A DNA stretch of 25,027 bases, taken from Opitutales bacterium. Lineage in GTDB: Bacteria > Verrucomicrobiota > Verrucomicrobiia > Opitutales > UBA9783. The notes below the pieces were generated by a model. It did not search any database. It was not told the origin of the DNA and saw nothing but the letters and a program-made list of their open reading frames with translations. Below are positions 1-6,204 of this stretch, one piece after another; the stretch's first letter is position 1, and each line of letters starts with the position of its first letter. The stretch lies in assembly GCA_024407725.1 (NCBI GenBank), contig JAKSVZ010000012.1, positions 1-25,027 of the forward strand, read 5' to 3'. A program made the translations under genes and the position numbers.

Positions 1-72
1 CGGGTACTTCTTTGGATACGGGTACTTCTTTGGATACGGGTACTTCTTTGGATACGGGTACTTCTTTGGATA
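1..72 (-). repeat. Perfect 18-bp direct tandem repeat (CGGGTACTTCTTTGGATA) x4, contiguous and truncated by the left window edge; in-frame coding repeat (VSKEVP)n on the minus strand
   Basis: Read directly. Units at 1-18, 19-36, 37-54 and 55-72 are identical at every base, and the repeat breaks at position 74. The reverse complement GTATCCAAAGAAGTACCC translates to V-S-K-E-V-P in the frame of the ORF starting at 454. Confidence 0.97.
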
Positions 73-454
73 CAACAGCCTGCGGCGAAGCATTTACGGA
101 AGGTTTTGTACCCAAAACCTTCGTAAAACCATCACCCGAAGCCTTTTTTACCGAATCCTGATCGTTGGGTAAAGTGTTCGCGCTTGCTAAATCCAATGAA
201 TGAGCATCCCCTCTGGATATAGGTTCTGCTTTGTGTCCAATGGTCTTCGCAGAAGCATTTGAAGCCAAAACATCGATAAGGCTATCCCCAACCGCCTTTT
301 TGCCCGAAGCCTTAGGGTCTTTACGCGGATGCTGCAAACATTGCTTAAACAAGGCAACATCTTCTGGAGCTGGCGTAGCTTGCTTTGAATTTTCGGATGG
401 TATTGGCTGGGCGCAATCTTCCGAAGGGGTAACGGTACACGTATCGATGGGCAT
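1..454 (-). CDS. sctP: Partial CDS (N-terminal 151 codons; continues past the left edge) at the SctP/YscP needle-length-ruler position; Pro/Ser/Lys/Ala-rich with a hexapeptide repeat tract
   Basis: Hand translation of the minus strand from ATG at 454-452 gives MPIDTCTVTPSEDCAQPIPSENSKQATPAPEDVALFKQCLQHPRKDPKASGKKAVGDSLIDVLASNASAKTIGHKAEPISRGDAHSLDLASANTLPNDQDSVKKASGDGFTKVLGTKPSVNASPQAVVSKEVPVSKEVPVSKEVPVSKEVP... with no stop down to position 2. The start is 1 nt after the sctO stop (456-458). It is absent from the ORF track because no stop lies in the window. The functional call rests on synteny (N-O-P order) and the low-complexity, repeat-bearing character. The C-terminal T3S4 domain is not visible. 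Confidence 0.45.
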   Translation of the reverse strand, partial: MPIDTCTVTPSEDCAQPIPSENSKQATPAPEDVALFKQCLQHPRKDPKASGKKAVGDSLIDVLASNASAKTIGHKAEPISRGDAHSLDLASANTLPNDQDSVKKASGDGFTKVLGTKPSVNASPQAVVSKEVPVSKEVPVSKEVPVSKEVP

Positions 455-455
455 A

Positions 456-923
456 TTATTTTTTGACCTTAAAATCTTCTAACTCCTTATCCTGTTCTTT
501 TTCGTCCAAAAGACGCATGTTTTCTTTCCAAATATTCTTATGCTCTTCAATCTTCTCCAACTCGCGCTGCGCTTTATGCAATTTCTGCGAACATTGCTCA
601 ACCTCTTGTTGCGCCTGTTCACATTTATTATGAGCCTTTTCTATCTCAATTGCAAGTTTCTCCTGATACTCATCCAATTTGCTGAGTTTTAAATTTACCA
701 AATCCAAATAATTGCGCTTAAAATGCGTTTTTTGCAGCATTTGGTCGTAAATCAGTTGAATATACTCCGGTTTCTTTTCTATAAAGCGCTCCTGCTTCTT
801 TTTCTGATCTTCCAACAAGCGTTGAGCTTCCTGCAGCGCCATTTTAGCTTTTAACAGGATTTCCTGAGCGTGTTCCTTGCGATGCTCACGGACCCGTAAT
901 AAATCTTGCAGTTCATACTTCAT
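456..923 (-). CDS. sctO: T3SS stalk protein SctO (YscO/FliJ-like coiled-coil)
   Basis: 155 aa, almost entirely heptad-like, charged coiled-coil (LLRVREHRKEHAQEILLKAKMALQEAQRLLEDQKKKQE...). It lies immediately downstream of sctN (7-nt gap), the conserved SctN-SctO arrangement. Confidence 0.75.
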   Translation of the reverse strand: MKYELQDLLRVREHRKEHAQEILLKAKMALQEAQRLLEDQKKKQERFIEKKPEYIQLIYDQMLQKTHFKRNYLDLVNLKLSKLDEYQEKLAIEIEKAHNKCEQAQQEVEQCSQKLHKAQRELEKIEEHKNIWKENMRLLDEKEQDKELEDFKVKK

Positions 924-930
924 TTAACGC

Positions 931-2253
931 CTACGCGTTTACAATTTGAATCAGGCGCTCGACCGTCTCCTTAAAGGTTGATTTTTCCGATAATCCTTGC
1001 CGTAAAAATTCATTGATCTTTGGCATTTTATCGATTGCCTCATCGACCTCAGCATCATTGCCTTTTTTGTATTCACCGATCCGTAGCAACAACTCCACTT
1101 CTTGGTATTTTGCCAACATATTACGGAATTTACCGGCTGCCTTTAGATGATCGGGTTCCACAATCGCATTCATGACACGGCTAATACTCGCCAAAACATC
1201 GATGGCGGGATAATGATTCGCACTCGCCAATTTACGGGACAAGATGATGTGTCCATCCAAAATAGATCGGGTTTCATCCGCAATCGGTTCGGTCATATCA
1301 TCTCCTTCGACCAACACGGTATATAAAGCCGTAATTGAGCCTTTTTCCGACTGTCCTGCTCGTTCCATTAACTTAGGTAAGGTAGAAAATACCGAAGGTG
1401 GAAATCCGCGTCGCGTTGGAGGTTCACCGGCAGCCAACCCAATTTCACGCTGGGCACGTCCGAAACGGGTGACCGAATCCATCAATAACAGTACCTTTTT
1501 CCCCTTATCTCTAAAATATTCTGCTACACTGGTTGCGACATAAGCAGCTTTTAAACGTTCGGTAGAAGAACGATCCGAAGTAGCAATCACCAACACGGAA
1601 TGTTTTAAGCCCTCTTCGCCCAAATCCTTTTCGACGAATTCTCGTACTTCACGGCCTCGTTCTCCGATCAGACCCAAAACAGTCACTTCTGCTTCCGTAT
1701 TACGAATAATCTGAGCCAATAAGGTACTTTTCCCACCTCCAGCGGCTGCAAAAATACCCAAGCGTTGACCTTCGCCGCAGGTCAATAGCCCATCCAAACA
1801 CCGCAATCCCAATGAAATGGGTTTGTCGATAGGTTTTCGGGTCATAGGAGGCGGAGGATCGGCATAAACGGGATAGTAAGTTTCGGGTTCAAATGGGCCG
1901 CGGATTGCCGTATCGGTAACGTTGCCCAAGCCATCCAAAACGCGACCCAGCAAGCCCATACCGACCGGAACGCTATGGATACGTCCTGATGGAATCACTA
2001 ACGTTGCTGCTGAGATACCGTTTACATCGCCCAATGGGGTTAATAACGTTCCGTCTTTAACAAACCCAACCACTTCAGCCAAAAAATCACTCTCATTATC
2101 AGGGTTATGTAAGGTACACAATTCGCCTACCTTTACGTCCCCGATACACGCGGTAATCATATTACCCGTAACTTGCGTAATCTTCCCTTTCGCGGCGGAG
2201 GAATGGGTGTTACGAATAATGGTTTCAAAAAAAGGCAGCAAGGGGGAACCCAT
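931..2253 (-). CDS. sctN: T3SS ATPase SctN (YscN/CdsN/FliI family)
   Basis: 440 aa. Walker A is [14 protein letters not shown] and Walker B is [20 protein letters not shown]. The F1/FliI-type core is recognisable ([68 protein letters not shown]). Confidence 0.97.
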   Translation of the reverse strand: MGSPLLPFFETIIRNTHSSAAKGKITQVTGNMITACIGDVKVGELCTLHNPDNESDFLAEVVGFVKDGTLLTPLGDVNGISAATLVIPSGRIHSVPVGMGLLGRVLDGLGNVTDTAIRGPFEPETYYPVYADPPPPMTRKPIDKPISLGLRCLDGLLTCGEGQRLGIFAAAGGGKSTLLAQIIRNTEAEVTVLGLIGERGREVREFVEKDLGEEGLKHSVLVIATSDRSSTERLKAAYVATSVAEYFRDKGKKVLLLMDSVTRFGRAQREIGLAAGEPPTRRGFPPSVFSTLPKLMERAGQSEKGSITALYTVLVEGDDMTEPIADETRSILDGHIILSRKLASANHYPAIDVLASISRVMNAIVEPDHLKAAGKFRNMLAKYQEVELLLRIGEYKKGNDAEVDEAIDKMPKINEFLRQGLSEKSTFKETVERLIQIVNA

Positions 2254-2261
2254 AGCACGTA

Positions 2262-2897
2262 TTACATTAATTTTTCTTTAATCGCCTTTAATAATGTTTC
2301 CAATTGACACTTAATACCAGCATCAATCACGCCAGTTTCTGTTTCCAAAATACAAGAATCCAAAGGCAGCGTTTGGTCTGCAACCACCTCAATACGCTTT
2401 ACATTATCCTGTAGAGCCTGCAAATCCCCTACTTTTGCTTTCACCAAAATCGCCTGTTCTGGATGGACTGAAATCCGTAAGAAATTACCTTCTGGAATTC
2501 TTTTGATGGTACGCTTAACAACAGCATACATCCGTTCTTCGCTCGGGTATTCGCCTAACATTTTTAAGAACAATTCTTTCAAAATTTCCACAAAAGTTTG
2601 TTCTAGTTTTTCGTAGTAGCGAATTCCGTTTGAAAGCATGGAGAGCGCCAATTCCAACTGTTTTTCTTGGCATTGTTGTTCTCCCTCCGACTCAACTTTC
2701 TTGCGCAATGAATCGCATTCCAGTTGGGCATTTTCTTGCATCAAATTTAGCTGAGCATAAGCTTGTTTCATCAGCTTATCCCGCTTAATCTTAGCGTCCT
2801 CAATAATTTGACTGGCTTGTTCGTTCAACAAATAATCTTCGCTCCGTACGATACGGGTCGTTGGACAAAAATGCTTTGAGCCTTGAATCGTTAACAT
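2262..2897 (-). CDS. sctL: T3SS stator protein SctL (YscL/FliH-like)
   Basis: 211 aa directly upstream of sctN. It has a central coiled-coil and a FliH/SctL-type C-terminus (RISVHPEQ...[36 protein letters not shown]). Confidence 0.8.
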   Translation of the reverse strand: MLTIQGSKHFCPTTRIVRSEDYLLNEQASQIIEDAKIKRDKLMKQAYAQLNLMQENAQLECDSLRKKVESEGEQQCQEKQLELALSMLSNGIRYYEKLEQTFVEILKELFLKMLGEYPSEERMYAVVKRTIKRIPEGNFLRISVHPEQAILVKAKVGDLQALQDNVKRIEVVADQTLPLDSCILETETGVIDAGIKCQLETLLKAIKEKLM

Positions 2898-2902
2898 ACG
2901 TT

Positions 2903-3529
2903 TTACTCCTCAATCATCTTTAGCAAATGCTTACAAATGTTATACAACTGGTGCTGATTCGTAGGGTCTATCACATGCCGGAAGTTCCAAGAATAACTTG
3001 GAGGCATAATCAAGGCAAAACGTTGCACCAATGGAACCGGTTGTTGGGTCCACAAATATTCCAATAAAAACTGACCTGAGCGCTGTATCGACTGCACCCA
3101 GTTATCAGAATCGGATTCAATCGAAGCTATGGTCTTTAAAATCGGGGCATAAAGGTTCCCCTGTTTCAGCACAAAGGTATAGAGTTTATCCGATAAAAAG
3201 GTTAACGATTGCCGCTCTTCCATCCGTATCCGCTTTTTAACGGCATTCAGGCAATAAATCCCACCCAGCATTTGCAACAACGCCTGCCATTGATGGGCGG
3301 TCATACTTAAAAAAAAATAATACGGATGCTTCAGGTGTTCCGACAGAATCGGTTGAAGCTTTAACGTGTTCCATAAATACGCATCCAGCTTCGCCTTTAA
3401 GCGTGTATTTTGGGTATTAAATAGTTTTTTTGCAGATTTGAGAAAAGGAACCGTTGGGACAGAGTCATCCAATACAATAGTTGCATTACAAGCAATAAGA
3501 TGCTTGGCCAAATCTAAAGTAGCAGACAT
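2903..3529 (-). CDS. sctK: Putative sorting-platform protein SctK (YscK-position protein)
   Basis: 208 aa soluble protein between sctJ and sctL. Its start overlaps the sctJ stop (TAATG at 3527-3531). The call rests on synteny only; no motif was recognised. Confidence 0.5.
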   Translation of the reverse strand: MSATLDLAKHLIACNATIVLDDSVPTVPFLKSAKKLFNTQNTRLKAKLDAYLWNTLKLQPILSEHLKHPYYFFLSMTAHQWQALLQMLGGIYCLNAVKKRIRMEERQSLTFLSDKLYTFVLKQGNLYAPILKTIASIESDSDNWVQSIQRSGQFLLEYLWTQQPVPLVQRFALIMPPSYSWNFRHVIDPTNQHQLYNICKHLLKMIEE

Positions 3530-4362
3530 TAAGCGGCTCCTGTTGAATCATCGGCAGACGGTTTTTGTTCGGCTTGAACAGCTTCGGACGGTTGCTGTTT
3601 GCGGGTACGCTTAGTCTTTGCTTTATATTTTTCCATCAATTGGAGGACACCCCAGCACGTAGCTGCTCCCAATAACAGCATAACAATCAACAGCGCAACC
3701 ATTGATTCGACCGACGCTACACTTACTTTTACCCCCAATATACTGGTAATATTGGGCTTTTTGTTAGCGATAAACGGCAAACGCTCATTGGGATTAGAAG
3801 CCGGAAACAAGGTTAAATTGACCTTGTCGTACGACAATCCCTCAATACTGTTGGTGACCAACTGTCGGATTTCGCGCGCGCAATCATCTAAGTTGATTTG
3901 CGGTAGGTAAGAAATGAAGACAGAGGCAGAGGCAGGAGCAATTTTTTCTGCATAAATATTATTGTCAGGCAAAACAATGTGCACTCTGGCTGTAATAACC
4001 CCATGGATGTGGGTTAACGTTTCGGCTAACTCGCTCGACAAGGCATGAACGTAACGGATACGCTCTTCCGTTGGCGACGAAACCAAACCAGATTTTTTAA
4101 ATGTTTCTCCGATGGAATCAAATTTGTCTTTAGGGAATCCTGTTTCATTCAACAGCTGAACGCTTTGTGAAAACTGCGATGAATCCACCATAATGCTCCA
4201 TGTGTTTTCAGCACCCGGAACTTTATTACATACGATATCGCTGGTTAAAAGAATAGCCATCATATCGTTGGCCTCTCGCTCCTGCAAATTCGTATAAAGG
4301 GCTTGTTGGGAACAACCCGCCAAGCCGAGCATCGCTAGTAACAAACAGGATTTAATATGCAT
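3529..4362 (-). CDS. sctJ: T3SS inner-membrane ring lipoprotein SctJ (YscJ/CdsJ/PrgK family)
   Basis: 277 aa. The signal peptide has a lipobox (LLLAMLGLAGC|SQ). The N-terminal domain is YscJ-like (LYTNLQEREANDMMAILLTSDIVCNK...). A C-terminal TM helix (MVALLIVMLLLGAATCWGVL) is followed by a basic, disordered tail. Confidence 0.93.
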   Translation of the reverse strand: MHIKSCLLLAMLGLAGCSQQALYTNLQEREANDMMAILLTSDIVCNKVPGAENTWSIMVDSSQFSQSVQLLNETGFPKDKFDSIGETFKKSGLVSSPTEERIRYVHALSSELAETLTHIHGVITARVHIVLPDNNIYAEKIAPASASVFISYLPQINLDDCAREIRQLVTNSIEGLSYDKVNLTLFPASNPNERLPFIANKKPNITSILGVKVSVASVESMVALLIVMLLLGAATCWGVLQLMEKYKAKTKRTRKQQPSEAVQAEQKPSADDSTGAA

Positions 4363-4365
4363 AGG

Positions 4366-4761
4366 TTATTGGTTCTTAAATAAGGTTTGGATGCTATTAA
4401 CAGCTCCAGAACCCAGTCTTCCAGCCAAATCATTACGAACGACCAACCCCATCATTTCCCATTGAATTCCAAGATAATCCGAGGGGGTTAAGTTCTCTTT
4501 GCTCAATAACGGTTGTAAGCGCTCCAAATGGGCTGTATTTGCATTCCCAACCTTTCGAGCCATATCGGTAACCAATTCCGAAAAATTCATGGGGGCAGCT
4601 TGTGCTACTGCATCGGATGGAAGTACATCCGGTAACATTGCTTGCTCTTCTACCGGCATAGGCAATTCATTCAACCCATCGCGGGTAGTTAGAGTTTGTT
4701 TAAAATTATCAACCGCCGCTAAATCAGCAGCCCAAGACATTTCGTGAAATGATAAAGTCAT
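4366..4761 (-). CDS. sctI: Putative inner-rod protein SctI (YscI/PrgJ-like)
   Basis: 131 aa immediately upstream of sctJ (3-nt gap). The C-terminus LGIQWEMMGLVVRNDLAGRLGSGAVNSIQTLFKNQ has the rod/needle-like terminal helix pattern (L.Q ... ..L.K.Q). Confidence 0.6.
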   Translation of the reverse strand: MTLSFHEMSWAADLAAVDNFKQTLTTRDGLNELPMPVEEQAMLPDVLPSDAVAQAAPMNFSELVTDMARKVGNANTAHLERLQPLLSKENLTPSDYLGIQWEMMGLVVRNDLAGRLGSGAVNSIQTLFKNQ

Positions 4762-4766
4762 AAGTC

Positions 4767-5204
4767 TTATAAAGCTTTAGCTTGTTGTTGCTGTAAAACC
4801 GAAGATGGGCTCGCGTAAGAGGTTCCATTAACCCATTGCGCGAGTACCTTACAATCTTCGCTTTCGCAGTCCTTTAACAGCAATTCAGATACTTTGCTGG
4901 CTTCTTCATGCAATTGGTAGTATTTCAAACCGAAGACAAGCCATCCTTTGATATCCTCGTTTTTGGGGTCTTGTAAAAGACAGTATTGCAAAATCTTGAA
5001 GCCTTCATTCCTATGTCCCATCAACAATTCGCCAATTCCTTTAGCTGCCTGAGCATAGATATTGTTAGGATAAAGCTCTACAACGGTGAATAATAGCGAA
5101 CGTGCCTCATGGAATAATCCCTTCTCGATGCCGACAAAAGCTAACGAGAGTAAGAATTGTACTAATGAATAAGGGACTAAGTGTTTATCTGAATTGCTAG
5201 TCAT
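4767..5204 (-). CDS. TPR-like T3SS chaperone (YscG/PscG-position needle co-chaperone or class II-like chaperone)
   Basis: 145 aa all-helical protein with TPR-like repeats (EARSLLFTVVELYPNNIYAQAAKGIGELLMGHRNEGFKILQYCLLQDPKN...). It lies directly downstream of the needle paralogs. Its position matches yscG in Yersinia and CT667 in Chlamydia. Confidence 0.55.
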   Translation of the reverse strand: MTSNSDKHLVPYSLVQFLLSLAFVGIEKGLFHEARSLLFTVVELYPNNIYAQAAKGIGELLMGHRNEGFKILQYCLLQDPKNEDIKGWLVFGLKYYQLHEEASKVSELLLKDCESEDCKVLAQWVNGTSYASPSSVLQQQQAKAL

Positions 5205-5211
5205 AAGTTAT

Positions 5212-5607
5212 TTATGCGTGAATATTGTTACTAATGCCGCGTAACATACTTCCAATAGCAGCCAAAATGGAGCTACTCATCGAAGTAGTTGTGTTGTTCA
5301 AGGTTACATCCATTTGAACCTTTAACAATTGTGCAGCATTTAAAGCACCGGCATCGGAATCGCCCAAGGAACGAATGGCTCCGAGGAATCGGGTCTCAGC
5401 TTGGGAAACCAATTTCGACAAAATAGCGCTTACTCCATCGAGCGCAACATTTTGCACGGGTGGATTATCCAACACGGGTTGAGGAGCCAATCCTTGTGCT
5501 TGACCCGGAGTCTCAAATCCCTGCACTTGACCACCTTTTTGGTTTTCCTGTGGTACATTGCTGATCATCATCGAATGATATCTTTTTTGACAGAATCCTT
5601 TTAGCAT
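5212..5607 (-). CDS. Needle-subunit (SctF-like) paralog with a Gln/Pro/Gly-rich N-terminal extension
   Basis: The C-terminal half (AAQLLKVQMDVTLNNTTTSMSSSILAAIGSMLRGISNNIHA) is clearly paralogous to the neighbouring ORF 5638-5952 and has the LL..Q...(polar helix)...N-terminal-residue pattern of needle proteins. The N-terminal ~55 aa are low-complexity (PQENQKGGQVQGFETPGQAQGLAPQPVLDNPPVQN). The start is uncertain: ATG at 5607 has an AGGA about 12 nt upstream, and alternatives are ATG at 5571 or 5568. Confidence 0.6.
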   Translation of the reverse strand: MLKGFCQKRYHSMMISNVPQENQKGGQVQGFETPGQAQGLAPQPVLDNPPVQNVALDGVSAILSKLVSQAETRFLGAIRSLGDSDAGALNAAQLLKVQMDVTLNNTTTSMSSSILAAIGSMLRGISNNIHA

Positions 5608-5637
5608 AGTTTTTTTATTTCCTTTCGAATGAAAATT

Positions 5638-5952
5638 TTATGATTTAACGTTCTGAATGATCGTACGAAGCATACTGCTTAATGACGACATAACCGAACT
5701 GGCAGTTGAGGTGGCCGTGTTACACAAGGTCATCTTCATCTGAATTCCTAACAAATGCGAACTATTGAGTTCACCAGCCGCAACCCCACTAAGGTCAGCG
5801 ATATTTTTATCCAATCCATATTCAGCTTGTGCAACCTGCTTCATAAGGAGTTCACTCACGTGATCGATAGAGGTTTTTTTATCCTTACCCCAACCACCGC
5901 TATAAAATAGGTATTTTGATTCTGGTACAGTTAGATCAGTTGGAAATGTCAT
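5638..5952 (-). CDS. sctF: T3SS needle filament subunit SctF-like (YscF/CdsF family)
   Basis: 104 aa. The C-terminus HLLGIQMKMTLCNTATSTASSVMSSLSSMLRTIIQNVKS resembles the YscF/CdsF terminal helix, which ends ...IIQNFR. It sits between the YscE-like ORF and the chaperone ORF, as in ysc and cds clusters. Confidence 0.7.
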   Translation of the reverse strand: MTFPTDLTVPESKYLFYSGGWGKDKKTSIDHVSELLMKQVAQAEYGLDKNIADLSGVAAGELNSSHLLGIQMKMTLCNTATSTASSVMSSLSSMLRTIIQNVKS

Positions 5953-5979
5953 AATAATTAAACTTTAAGGTTTTTTTGT

Positions 5980-6183
5980 TTATTTGTTTGTTGTTTGCAA
6001 AATGGTTTTGGCGTGCTTAAAAGCCTCCATCAAAAGCGATTTTGTGGATGGATCGCCATTGGGATCGGATTCGATCTGATCTTGATACTTCAAAAGCTTA
6101 TCCATCATCTGATTATGATGAACACCTGCCGGATCGTTGTTGAGACGAAGCGACAAATCGGTTAAATTTACTTTCATGCTCAT
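5980..6183 (-). CDS. Small helical protein at the YscE/PscE/CdsE (needle co-chaperone) position
   Basis: 67 aa, predicted helical. It lies between sctD and the needle gene, as yscE does. The call rests on size and synteny only. Confidence 0.4.
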   Translation of the reverse strand: MSMKVNLTDLSLRLNNDPAGVHHNQMMDKLLKYQDQIESDPNGDPSTKSLLMEAFKHAKTILQTTNK

Positions 6184-6204
6184 AAATCGTTTAGGTTCGT
6201 TTTT

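Noticed and set aside
1-72. Possible CRISPR array or non-coding satellite at the left edge
   Set aside because: The 18-bp units are directly contiguous with no spacers. They lie in frame within an open minus-strand ORF that starts at 454, so this is a coding hexapeptide repeat, not a CRISPR array.
1244-2281. Plus-strand ORFs of 99 aa and 119 aa antisense to sctN
   Set aside because: They lie entirely inside the strongly supported SctN coding sequence and have a low-complexity Pro/Ser/Thr-rich composition typical of antisense shadow frames. No start context or motif supports them.
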